A stretch of 63,513 bases of DNA, counting the filler, from Choristocarpus tenellus KU-1152 (lineage: Eukaryota; Protista; Phaeophyceae), in the NCBI GenBank assembly GCA_964200185.2. It is 11 parts of 11 records of this genome, joined end to end, with 100 filler letters (N's around TTAATTAATTAA, not from the genome) between each part and the next. Parts side by side here need not be neighbours in the genome. Positions count along the whole stretch, not along the records: positions 35,686 to 38,728 come from CAXNAD020022735.1; positions 38,829 to 41,509 come from CAXNAD020025702.1; positions 41,610 to 45,448 come from CAXNAD020017638.1; positions 45,549 to 49,447 come from CAXNAD020017257.1; positions 49,548 to 56,466 come from CAXNAD020007060.1; 6 more parts are not named here. The stretch is one strand, 5' to 3'. The translations under genes were made by a program, and so were the position numbers. Numbering within the stretch: the first letter of the stretch is position 1; every line of letters starts with the position of its first letter. Positions 38,390 to 50,701 of the stretch are shown piece after piece. The notes under the pieces were generated by a model. It made no database searches and had not been told where the DNA came from. It saw only the letters and a program-made list of their open reading frames with translations.

Positions 38390-40132
38390 GTTGCCGAGTT
38401 CATTAGCAACATCACTTCAACAAAATCATATACAGGCACAGAGGCGTGAACTTGGGAAATCGACAACACACGTCGTACACACCACAGCCCTACCACATGG
38501 TTCAACCTTAATTTCAACCCACGTAAACAAACATTTCATAAACCCTTCCATTCAATACAAAAATCCAACATGGAGGTTTGTTCTCTAACTAATTCTGCAT
38601 CCAAACGTAGTTGATGTATCCCATTGCCAATCACGGGAATACATCCTACCTCACCCTCTCACTCCATATACGTGTCACTCCCATGGCAAGGGACGGCCAC
38701 CAAACCTGTTTGTTATTTGTATGGTCGGNNNNNNNNNNNNNNNNNNNNNNNNNNNNNNNNNNNNNNNNNNNNTTAATTAATTAANNNNNNNNNNNNNNNN
38801 NNNNNNNNNNNNNNNNNNNNNNNNNNNNGGGGGCGGGGGGGGGGGGGGCGGGGGGGGGGCGGGAGGTCGGCGAGAGGGGGGGGGGGGGGGGGGGGGGGGG
38901 GGTGTTGAGGTTTGTTGGTCACTCAGGAGGTTTGCTAGTCATGACTGGGTGTAAGAAGGTGTCTTTCTTTGGGTTCGTCGAAGTTTTGACTCTGCTTTGT
39001 AATGCTGTGATAGGCGACAGTTGTGTGTGTGTTTTTGTTTGATACACTCGTATAATTTTTTTTTGCACACTTGGAAGGGAAGCAAGAGAACAGAGTGGGA
39101 AGTTTGTGCGATTGATGCCGGCTGGACTGCCCCCCCTTTGTTGAGAGAGTTTGGTTCTTTGCTCGTGGTTCCGCTTGCGAACTTGGGGATCTCAGGAACT
39201 GCCTGTGGACCTCCTGCACTAGTTATCGGTATGCAAATAGAGGATCAAGATTGTTGTATTTGGAAGGTTTTCATGGGTGATGGAGCGTGTCTGAACTCTA
39301 ATCAAATATGAGCAGTTACCCTACCGATTTGGTGGAGTGAAGGTACTAATAGAGCTTGTTAAGTAGGTATCCGCTTTTCTTGACTGGGCTAAGTAAGGTG
39401 CACGTGTGTTTTGGTAAGGGGCTTGATGTGCCTGCTTGCTGCTTTTACAGCGAACAAATAAATGTTGGCAATTAAGGTGCTTTATGTTGTGATATATGCA
39501 AGACCCCCTGGCACTAAATAGTTTCTTGTTAGCCATTGATGAAAGGGTGATCTTGGGCTGTTTAAGAGGAGTGGAGTGAGAGAGAGAATATGCTGTCCAT
39601 CTACTGCAGTGCAGTACTATGATTAATAATATTCACTACTTAGAGTGTGTCAAGACAACAAGCAAAGTGTTTTGCTTGTCTCCTCCATTGTTATGATTGG
39701 TTGGGTGGGACAAGGGGTTATCGGGGGCGATTGATTTTCGAAGTTTGGGGGAGATAGTCAGTTATTTAGATGGGCCTGGCATCCCGATTTGATATTGTCA
39801 AGTATCCTTTCCATAAATCATTCTCAAATTTGGTGTGCCTCGCTTGTTGTTCCTATGGGTTAGGGTTAGGGGTGCAGTTGATTTTTCAGTGAGAGCTAGT
39901 TGTCCTTGTTGCTGCTTTGGTTTGGTTTTATGGTGTACATAGAGGTGTCTGGTGGTGAACAACTATTTATTGTATGTGACTGAATTATCGAGTGGAAGAA
40001 GTAGGAGTTGAACTTTTTTTGGTAAGGGTTAGGGTTAGCAACTTGTCAATAGATGGAAACCGTGAAGGGAGGCATCTTTCTTCTCACGTTTGATTTTTTT
40101 TATGTTTTGTTGCTTACAGTGCAATACTGAAT

Positions 40133-40268
40133 GCCCATTGTATAGGGACCTTTTTGCATTCTAAATCGTCTTTCTTGCCCATTTTATAGGGACCTTTTTG
40201 CATTCTAAACCGTCGTCTTTCTTGCCCATTGTATAGGGACCTTTTTGCATTCTAAGCCGTCTTTCTTA
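40133..40268. repeat. Tandem repeat of about 44-47 bp, 3 copies
   Basis: Unit GCCCATTGTATAGGGACCTTTTTGCATTCTAAATCGTCTTTCTT. Confidence 0.9.
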
Positions 40269-41639
40269 CCCTTGCAGTACGCTCTATTTCATTGAGTTAT
40301 GTCCACGACCGTGTACGCAAAATTGACTTTCACCCCTTCCCACACACAAAGTGACACCACAATTCAAGAAAGTCTCTTTCTCCAACAATTGTACAAAATT
40401 ACGTTCTTTTGCCCTTTCTTGGGATTTGGTTGTGCATACATCGGATAATATATGTACACTTTTCCTGGTCATGGTCCAAATGGACACCCTGGTTTAGACC
40501 CCCCCACTCCCCAGATACTTTGGGTCAGGTATTAAAATAGTGCTACTCCTGTCCACCTTCCTCCTATCATTCTTCATCCATTTTGGAAGTTCCACAAAAC
40601 ATAAATGCTTCAGGCAGTCGCCACCCATTCCCCATACATGTGGGTTGATCCTGCAAACAATAGTCCAATCTTGTATGATGATACATGCTACTACAACAAC
40701 ACGTATGAGACCGGTGAGTTTTCGATTTTCTAAATCCGATGGAACACAATAATTCTTTCAGTGGAGGGAGCAGACCTTGACATACTGGACAGATTCTTCC
40801 CTCCAGAATGGCCTACATCACACAACACCTCGAGTACCTCAGCCTTGAGTATTCAGACATTAAGCTCAAGTAGCGCTATATATGCCTGTGAATCTGCCAC
40901 AGAGTAATTCCTGGTAATTGTACAAGCAGGCCCCAGGCTTTTTGGACCCACTGACTAATGTTGGCAGTGATCTGAGCATCATCAATCATCACTGATGACA
41001 TGGACTACAAGGCAAACAATAATTCCAGGCCTGCTTGTGACTCTGACACCTCAAGTCCGGACACATCTGTGCATTGAACCTGCTGCCCTGTTGGGAGATC
41101 AAGGACACCTGGTTTACGCCTTCAGGTTGGACATGGTCAGTCTGAACACTCTAGCCACCATCATCACCACCATCATCCTGATCCAACTTGGTCTCACACA
41201 CAATAGCTGGCATCACCCAGAGCATATGGCCTACTCCACAAGTGGCAATTTTAGTACTACCCCACCCATCATATTGTGAAAAATAATATAGTACCCTGTA
41301 CTAAACAGCCGATTTCAAAAATTGAGGATGGAGCTTTTCATTGAGGATGGGCTTGACCCAAAATTGACTGGGATAAAGTGTCGATATGTTTTTTTTGTCC
41401 ATTGGTATCAACTGCTATGTGCCGTTTAATACCAGATATTTTTTTACCAGCATCGTAACCTTTATTTTTAGCTGTATCAGTATTTTTTACGCTCTGAGCA
41501 TCGACAATCNNNNNNNNNNNNNNNNNNNNNNNNNNNNNNNNNNNNNNNNNNNNTTAATTAATTAANNNNNNNNNNNNNNNNNNNNNNNNNNNNNNNNNNN
41601 NNNNNNNNNTTTGTTACCTATATTTGATACTACCTTGAC

Positions 41640-41670
<31 letters not shown>

Positions 41671-41775
41671 GAGAGACCTAATCCCTAACCCTAACACCTA
41701 ACCCCAACAATATCACTGGAATCGTGCCCTTACCGTTTGCTATCCTATTTTTTTTATTGCCCCCTCACCCCTATA

Positions 41776-41803
41776 ACCCTAACCCTAACCCTAACCCTAA
41801 CCC
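41776..41803. repeat. Short interstitial telomere-like (CCCTAA)n tract
   Basis: AACCCT repeated 4-5 times. Confidence 0.8.
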
Positions 41804-41859
41804 TCAACGGACGTGCACTCACTAAAAAAATAAAAATAATTGTTGTTCTGAAATGCAGA

Positions 41860-42342
41860 TACTCAGAGTTCACCACCATCCACGACGATGTCATCATCAT
41901 GTCAGTCACCGGGACTGCCGTAGTAGTGCGTGGTGTCCTCCAGCCAAGGCGTGCCCTCCCCTTCCACCCCAACGCCCCCCACCAAGGCCCTCCGGGGGGA
42001 GACCCTGCTGCAGACGCCTCCGTAGGTCAAGACAAGGTGCTGTGCCGGCCTAGCATTGGGTTGGCGGCTGGTGAGGTTGGGGGCACGGGGGATGATGGTG
42101 GGGTTGGTGGGGGGGAGGAGTGTGAGGGAGGGAATGAGAAGGTTGACAGGAGTGGAGGGGCGCAGGGGAAGGTGGAGGGAGAGGGAGAGGGAGAGGGAGT
42201 GGGAGTGGGAGTGGGTGTGAGGGAGGGAGAGTCAACTGGTGGGGCTGTGGGAGAGAATACTGTGACGGGGGGGGCGGGGGCGGGGACTGCGGCGGAGATG
42301 GTTGGGGGGAGCACAGAGCCGTTGAGTATAGGTGAAGTATAA
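41860..42342 (+). CDS. Candidate exon of an unknown protein with a Gly/Glu-rich tail
   Basis: A tgcag| acceptor is followed by a GC-rich frame (YSEFTTIHDDVIIMSVTGTAVVVRGVLQP...) with no recognised domain. Confidence 0.35.
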   Translation, partial: YSEFTTIHDDVIIMSVTGTAVVVRGVLQPRRALPFHPNAPHQGPPGGDPAADASVGQDKVLCRPSIGLAAGEVGGTGDDGGVGGGEECEGGNEKVDRSGGAQGKVEGEGEGEGVGVGVGVREGESTGGAVGENTVTGGAGAGTAAEMVGGSTEPLSIGEV

Positions 42343-42452
42343 TATGGTGTGGGGGTAGGGTTGTTGGTCAGTTAGTTGTAGGGTTGGGGTTAGGGGTAGG
42401 GGTAGGGGTAGAGTGAGATTAGCTGGTATTGTTTTCTGTTTGTTTGTATGTG

Positions 42453-42701
42453 ATGTTTCTGATGGCACAAATAGTGACAGTTGGTAACATTTCTGATGAT
42501 ATTAATAGTGACTGTTGGTAATGTTTCTGATGATACAAATAGTGACAGTTGGTAATGTTTCTGATGATATAAATAGTGACTGTTGGTAATGTTTCTGATG
42601 ATATAAATAGTGACAGTTGGTAATGTTTCTGATGATATAAATAGTGACAGTTGGTAATGTTTCTGATGATATAAATAGTGACAGTTGGTAATATTTCTGA
42701 T
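42453..42701. repeat. 34-bp minisatellite, about 7 copies
   Basis: Unit AAATAGTGACAGTTGGTAATGTTTCTGATGATAT, with no spacers. Confidence 0.95.
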
Positions 42702-43763
42702 GGTGTTGGAGATGGGGAAAGGGTCTCACATGATAATATTGTTTTCTGAAGAGATATACTAGTGAGATGTACTAGTGGGAAGTGTAACTTTTTTTTGCAG
42801 GCAGGCAGGGAGGGAAAAGAGGAGGAGGGGGAGGAGGGGGAGGAGGATATCGTGGGAAAGAATAGAGGTGCTAATGTGACATAGTGTGACATAGTGTGAC
42901 ATAATGTGACATAATGCAGCACGTGTGAACTCCATTCAGGCAGTAATAGTGATCTTTGCAACCCTGTTATGCTTTGTATCGAACAGTTATATCAGTTGGG
43001 TTTTTGCTTGCTCGCAGTAGTGTGTGTTATGTGTGTGTTATGCGTGTGTTGCGTGTATATTTCCTATAACATTTGTCATTTATGGGTTAGGGTTAGGGTA
43101 GGGGTTTGCTGCTGATTTTGTGTACAAATTGACGTCGTCGTGTATGTGCTTCAACACTGAAAAAAAGAAAAGACCGCTTACAAAAATTTCAGTTTTTTGT
43201 TTTGTGAAGAACACTATACATGGAAATCGTGATATGTTTTTATTGTAACTGTGGCATTTAGTGGTGTGAACTGCTGTAGCGATTGCAATCGGTGATGTTT
43301 GATTTTTTTTTAAAAGGCGTGGTTTTGTCCGAAATCGAAGTTTTTGAGGCACAATTTTCGATTTTTGTGATTTAAATCTTAAAAAAAGTCCTGTTCATAT
43401 GTGACCTTTTTTAAGAGCCTTGTGCGACGCATGCTTCATACCCATGCCTACAATGCAGTTACCCCGCCCTCCCTCAATACATTATTGTTGTGACTGTAGA
43501 AGGGAAAGCTAGTTGTTTACTTTTTTTTTCTTTCCCTACTAGCGAAAAAAGCAGTCTCTGTTTCAAGTGCTCAACAAGCATTTACCACAGAGGTACTTCT
43601 CAGAGCCGGTGAAAACTTGATGACACACGCCTCTTAGGTGGGTATTAATACCGTTAATAGTATCGCTTGTTTATTTTTTTATGTTAAAAAAAATATATGT
43701 TTGAGTGCGTATTAGATGATCTGATCTCAAAAGTAACGTGACACTTGGTATTTGAAGTGATCA

Positions 43764-43777
43764 GGCTTGAAGTATCT

Positions 43778-43817
<40 letters not shown>

Positions 43818-43979
43818 GTCTACACCAGGGTGTCCATTTGGGCCCTGACCAGGAGAAGTGCACTGACATTATCCATCCGAATCATGCAACCAGATCACAC
43901 AAATATCGTGACGTAGAAAAATGGGCCCCGAATTGACAGCCCCACCCCCCCCCCACCCCCCCTCCAGATACTTTGGGGC
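43764..43979 (+). mobile_element. MITE family C (about 215 bp); other partial copies at 14616-14646, ~14809-14986, 35407-35585, ~40430-40526, 49360-49447, 49548-49573
   Basis: Same AAAGTATCT(G)n TIR core as family B but a different interior (GTCTACACCAGGGTGTCCATTTGG...CCAGGAGAAGTGCAC). Confidence 0.8.
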
Positions 43980-44308
43980 TTAGGGTTAGGATTAGAAATG
44001 ATTTTGTTTGACAACAGCGGTAATGTTTTGTATGACAAGAAATTACTTTAGAGTCACAAAGTGGAAAGGAATGGAGGTAATGTATATTTATGTAGTAAAA
44101 TTGAATAATAAGAATGAAATAGAAGTGATTTTAATGCTTTGTCAGTGAAAGAGTGACGATTGGAGCCACAACACTCTCACTTCCAATAACGAAAAATAAA
44201 TGGAAGATAAGGGGGGGGGGGGGGGGGGGAGGATCACCATAATTCANNNNNNNNNNAGGAACTGTTGACGAACCAACACAAACCACACCAAAAAAAAAAA
44301 AAAAGGAG

Positions 44309-44342
<34 letters not shown>

Positions 44343-44403
44343 GGTGAATGACCCAGCCAACTAACATCCTTGTACATTGATTTTTTCTTATTTTTTTCTA
44401 CAG

Positions 44404-44468
44404 CGGCAGCATCTACGTCAGGAAAGTCTGAACGCCCTCCAGAAAAGTCGAAACCCTCTGCTCGGAAG
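44404..44468 (+). CDS. Candidate short internal exon
   Basis: Polypyrimidine tract with ctacag| acceptor and AAG|gtgagt donor. The product is unknown. Confidence 0.35.
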
Positions 44469-44571
44469 GTGAGTGGGTGGGAAGGTGGAGACAGTAACAC
44501 AGCCCAGGGAAAGGGATGGGAAGGAGCTGTCAATCAATGTCTATCCCATCATGCTTCGACCAGTGGGCAGG

Positions 44572-44826
44572 GATATTTACATCCTGTTGATGTTTACATC
44601 CTGTTGATGTTTACATCCTGTTGATGTTTACATCCTGTTGATATTGACATCCTGTTGATATTGACATCCTGTTGATGTTTACATCCTGTTGATATTGACA
44701 TCCTGTTGATGTTTACATCCTGTTGATGTTTACATCCTGTTGATGTTTACATTCTATTGATATTGACATCCTGTTGATGTTGACATCCTGTTGATATTGA
44801 CATCCTGTTGATATTGACATCCTGTT
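44572..44826. repeat. 17-bp minisatellite, 15 copies
   Basis: Unit GAT(G/A)TT(T/G)ACATCCTGTT. Confidence 0.95.
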
Positions 44827-47800
44827 CTGCCATCACCTACACAAACCTGTTCTTGATTTCTTCTCCGAGGTGTACCCTCTACCACGTTCTTGATGGTAGA
44901 GGGTGTCCGTTTGTGATTCGTTCTTGCTGCCCTAACCCTCAGTCCTTATCACCCTAACCCTTACACATTCCTGCACACACCCCACTTCCTGAACCTCAGT
45001 ACCTCTAAGTTGCATACCACACTGCCTCTCTTAACCTGTACCCTTCTCTCTTTCCCTTCACAGACAGGACAAGCACCAAGCAATCGAAGCACGCCTCCCC
45101 TCATGCAAACCCCTCCCGTATTTTTCTGTGCTCTCACATGCACCCCCCCCCCCCCGCCCCCCCCCCCCCCCCTAACCCTTCCAGAGGACCAAGTACTCGC
45201 GTGTTCGCCCTGCTCGTCAGTGCTCATTTTTCCACGTCCCGTACCATCACCAAGTGGCTCCCTTTGCAGACATGAGATTGGTACCGTGTGTAACCTGTGG
45301 TAGCAAGTGGGTAGCGGAGACTGTTCTCGCCACTACTGAGGCCCCACAGGTTTGCTGTTTTTGTGTGTGAGAGATAACCTTTTTGCCGTGGGGGGGTGGG
45401 GAGGGTGGGGGAGTGGGGGAGCGGGGAGTGGGGGGGGGGGGAGGGGGGNNNNNNNNNNNNNNNNNNNNNNNNNNNNNNNNNNNNNNNNNNNNTTAATTAA
45501 TTAANNNNNNNNNNNNNNNNNNNNNNNNNNNNNNNNNNNNNNNNNNNNGCTGTTGCAAGAACAAAAAATGCATTTTGGGGGGGGGGGCTTTTCTTAGACG
45601 GTTGTGATCCGACAAATGCTGCACTGTGATGCCATCTGAATTTTGATTTAATTTATTTGAAAAAGTTAATCTTATTTAATAAATACAGTGGGGATGATAA
45701 GAAAAGTTAAATGATATTTGTGCCGACATGAGTGATCCGACTGACCTTTTGAAACAGATTGTAGAAAAAATATATATGAATAGTTTTTTGTTTGTGATAG
45801 GATAACACAAGAGCATTTTGGAGTTGCAAGACCGTGACGATTTTTTACTCCAGTTGTTGCTGTCTGTGTGATATGATACCCTTGCTTGACATTATATTCA
45901 AATCAGGTTTCTGTTTGGAAATGATTGCTATGCAACATGTATATATATACATATTTTTGTGTGTATGATGCATTCACCTCTTCTAATAATATAGTATTAT
46001 TGTTTTATATTGTCTTGTTCAGAATGTTTGAAAATGTCACTTTTTAGTGCCGTTTGTCTCCACTACAAGTGTTACAGGAGGTATGTCTTGATGGTGTTTT
46101 CATAAATGCCACTATGGTGTTGAAATCCTAGATTTTATGTGCTTCTACTTGTTGACTGTTTATTTATTATTTGGTCATTATGGCCCCCCGATTGAGATAA
46201 GACATTGTTAATCACTTCCTTTTTATACAAGGATATTGATACTTATGAAGGGAGTAATCCAAGTGAGAGGTGCACTGCAAGCACATCACCTATTTGGTTG
46301 ATGGGATAGGACATGCAATCCACCTGTCGCACCTCGCTGAGCTGTACTTCTCATTCTTGTGGTCATGATTGTTTATGTATTCACAACTGTGTGTACATAA
46401 ACATGTATATGGACATGTATATATATAATTATATTTTATGTGTGTAAACATGTACATTTATTAATATAAATGTCTAATCGCATTCGGGTGTGTTTTCATC
46501 TGTGGGTCACAGGCAGAGGCTGTGGTTCGAGATATCTATGCTGATGGACGATTGCCAAGGATGATGACACATGTGTTTGTATTGGACATCTTGAGGGCAG
46601 GGGGTCAATGGCAGAGGGCGCTGGGCATCCTGGAACTGATGCGCTCCAATGTATGATATGCAATTTGACTTGACATGACGAAAACAGAATTATCAACATT
46701 GGATTTGAGTCTCAAGAATTTGCCAATACCCATTTTGAATATTCCAGACTGATTAAGTTTGACTCCACCTACAGTGCCATTTGTGATGTTCCACGTGAAG
46801 TGTATTCCATGTCTTGTGAGTTGTGAGCAAGAGGCTTGTTGGCGGTTGCTCTCTAGTACTCACAAAGTTGAGGTTACTAATTGGGCTTGTGCTGCAATGG
46901 GAGGAGGATTACCCTCAAGGATTTGCATTGTTTCTCAACGATGCCTTGCTCTTCTATGGTCTTGGCACAGCAGGGGTGTGACGGTTTGGCCCTGTATGTA
47001 AGTCTATCAATGGATCTTGTGGCAGCTTTTGTGGTTAAAGTCCGTGTCAGCCAGAGTCCAATTCCCAAGTTCCTCTGGGGATTGATGAAAGTATGGGTGA
47101 AGTGTGAACATGGGTGGAGTGTTCCAGGCGCTTGTGTTTGATGAAAATGGTTAGTGGGCTCGGTAGACCTTTGAAGGTGTTTCCCTTGTTCAACCCCTGT
47201 AGGTGTAGGAAAGGGAGTATAGTAGTAGTTGTAGTAGAGTCTTTCTCAAAGGCGCCATTTAAAGCGGTTTTGGGGTAATTGGTGACAAAATTTGATTCAA
47301 ATGTCCTACGACAAGGTTTTGAAATGGCGACAAAGATCCGACACGTGGTTCTGTACGGTTTGTTGATTGAACCAGCAGTACTGATTCAATTTTTGACAAT
47401 CAAGTACCCTCAAGGTAGACTAAGTGTTGAATACAAGCAACACCAATACTAACTTAAGAAGCCTTGCCACTTCGCTCTTGGTCTGGAGCCTTTCTGGTAT
47501 AGCAACAGATAGGATTAGACAAGCGATCCTCGTCATAATGGTAACCAGATTTCTGTGAAAAACGTGCGGCGTTGATGGAATTCGAACCCTTGAAATTAGC
47601 ACCGAGAACAGACTCCATTTACTACTGAACCCCTCAGTACATTAGTGTCTATGAAAGTGCGGTTGTTATTGATACACCCAATCGCACGACGGCGATCTGC
47701 GAGATTTTTTTCTTTTTTCTAGAATATAACGTCGTAATCATTTTGTTCTTCCCTGCATCGATTTCATGGTTTCAAACCTCTTCGACGACAGAACCTTTTT

Positions 47801-48289
47801 TTTCTCGCGGAAATCCGGTCATGATGGAAAAATCACCTCGAAAAATCTCAAGTATAGACAGACACTGAAAGAAGAGGAGCGGTATGACAGATACAGGTAT
47901 CATACAGATATCCACTGGCGTCACTTTGTGTACCTAGCGATAGGCACTACTACTAATACCATAATAAGACCAGTCCATGGCTGTGTGAGATTGTAACCAG
48001 ACAGTGCTGCGTGTCTTTGCCAGCAGGGCCCCAGTCAAGTGTCTCAGTTTGTTGGGTTGGCCTGCTTGTTTGGTGCACAAGTCCTAAAGATGTTGTAGAA
48101 GAATGTTGTTGACTAGTCTTGCTTCTGACTGGCAAACTCTGGGAACGACCTTGGCAGGAGATAGTTCAATAGCAACAGTAGTGCAGATCCTCTAAGGGAT
48201 GTCGTGGGCGAGGGGACTAAGATCCGATTGATACTGGCCTTGAAAGTGAAGTAGATTGATGTATTTGGACACACAAATGCGCTCGCGCA

Positions 48290-48326
<37 letters not shown>

Positions 48327-50431
48327 GCACATATATGTATGTACGAGGGTGAACACCATGTCCTCTAGTTCCCCTCTCTCTGGTTTTTCCCCCTGTTTGC
48401 ATGCAGTGTTACACGTGCAACTATGTTTGCCTTTGTTTTGGCCAGACCGACCAGGTGGGCGGCGGTGGGGGGGGGACTTTCTTCGGAACTTTTGTTTGCT
48501 CCATTGACGTTGACGTAATAGGGTATGGGTTGTCTGGTTTGAAGATGGCTTTGCTCCTCGCCTGACTCTGCGATTTCATAACACTATTCCCTGTTGCGAT
48601 TGAGATTGGAGTTTGCCACCGGTGGAGTCGGTAGATAGGAGTGGCCCCTGTTCAAGGTACACAATGTGTACCTTGTTTTGTTGAGATTGATGAAAGTATA
48701 GAGGATGCTGTTAGCGAGCAGGTCCAGCTTATGCTGATCTGAGTGGAGATTAGCAGACATCCTGTGCAGGAGACTTAGTGCAAGGAAGAGGCAGAGGAGG
48801 AAATAGAGTCTACATCAGTTCATCCTCTTTTTGCACCCGAGTAGTTAGTTCCTCGTGTTTTTCTAGATGATGATCGGATTCACTTATCTACTTACTTGTA
48901 GCTGGAATGGGTTAGGGGGGTGCTTAGTGCCGGCCTCTTGAAATGGATATTGGCGAATCTTTCCTTTTGTGGGAGTTGTGGTGTCCTGACAAAGCGCTGC
49001 TGAGGACAAGACAAGAACGCACTACCTCCTTCAAGTTCAACCCTAGAAACCTCGACCACTTGGTCGAAGTTTGTGTCAAAAGTGGGCTGCGTTGTTTTTT
49101 TTTTTTTAATATGACAAGTGGGCGGGGAAGATACCTCTGAGGGAATGTGAGTGGGTTATGTTTGGAGTGTGGGACATGAGGAGAAAATAAGGGCTCTCCG
49201 ATATGATTTGAGTCCTAACGCACTTGTGCTGACCCATTGTGCCAATTGAAGTAGGCGTTTTAGTTCTGGGGATGTATTGCTGGTCGGAATGGTGTGCATA
49301 GTGGTACGGTGGTTGGTCCCACACTAGTACAGTAGAGCAGACTAAGTACTTTCTATCTGGACCCAAAGTATCTGGGAGGGGGGGGGGTCTCCACCAGAGT
49401 GTCCATTTGGACCAAAACCAGGAAAAGTGCACTTTGATTATCCATCCNNNNNNNNNNNNNNNNNNNNNNNNNNNNNNNNNNNNNNNNNNNNTTAATTAAT
49501 TAANNNNNNNNNNNNNNNNNNNNNNNNNNNNNNNNNNNNNNNNNNNNCCCCCCCCTCCCAGATACTTTGGGTCTCAACTTACTCTGCCTTACAGTGAAAT
49601 TATATTATGTCCAGTTATATCCATAATCAGTAATCAATCAAGAGGCTTTGACATTCGCTATACTCTCTGTAACATGTTACAACCACAGTGGTTGTTAGCA
49701 CATTTGCTGTTGTTCCAATGCCTCTGTAGCTTCTGACACAATGCTTAAAAGAAGTTACTCCAAGGAATTAATCTTCCAAGAGAAAGAAAATATTCTCAAC
49801 AGTAGCTAAGGATTCAGTAAGCCCAAGCATTTAGGGGAACATTCTTTGCGATTGTATGTAATTTCCTCTTACCCTCATACCTGTGCCATATTTGCATGTG
49901 GATACATGGCACTACCACGATAGGGATATATTCCTTTTGTCAACAATATTCAAGGTCATCACCTCAGTCATTCCTGACGCCGCATGTTGCATGAAAAGAA
50001 CCTTCATCTCCCTTTCTAGACATGGACAACTTATTGGTGTGATTTTTGTTCAAGAAGAAGCACATCATCAAAATCCCCCCAGTGTGTCTGCCAGAAGCAC
50101 AAAATGCTCCAGATCACCCTGCTGGTGCAATTACACGAACCTCCTTACCCTTGAGCTTAAATTTTTTTCACTTCTGGTACTTATCATTTCCGTCAGGTGT
50201 CTGTGTTACATGCCTTTCAGTCTGAGGAACCCTACACAAGCAATTATCTTGAGGCACCTGACCCAGCACATGCCTTGCCTGACGCTGTTTGGCGAAATTG
50301 GGATATGCACTACCAGCTAGTGATGTACTATGACTATCTAAACACCCAGGAAGGAAGTTCATATCATGATGGTGAGAGATAGTCAATGTGGGCGAGGAAG
50401 AGGACATACTCCGGTGCAAAAGAGTGTTCCT

Positions 50432-50701
50432 GAGTCTATGTATCTTAGAGGGTAGAGCCGTGTCCGTTTGGGGGCCTACAACCAATGTTGTGGTTTTGAT
50501 GTAATTTTAGCTATTTTATTTGCTAGGAAGTGTCAATATCCTTGTTCCGGACATATACATGGTACCTACTCCAAAACGTATATATTTTACCTACTCCGAA
50601 ACATTTCGGAGTAGGAAAATGTGGTAAAAAACCCCGTGGGAAGCCAAAAGCCCCAAATGGACAAAAAAGCAAAACTCGTACCCTCTAAAATACTTTCACT
50701 C
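50432..50701 (-). mobile_element. MITE family A, full length, 4-bp TSD TCCT
   Basis: tcct|GAGTCTATGTATCTTAGAGGGTA...TACCCTCTAAAATACTTTCACTC|tcct. Confidence 0.9.

Noticed and set aside
42453-44826. 34-bp and 17-bp arrays as CRISPR
   Set aside because: The units are head-to-tail with no unique spacers, there are no cas genes, and the context is eukaryotic.
47560-47700. tRNA gene on the minus strand (GGTTCGAATTCC)
   Set aside because: T-stem and acceptor pairing are poor, and I could not fold a D-arm or anticodon arm.
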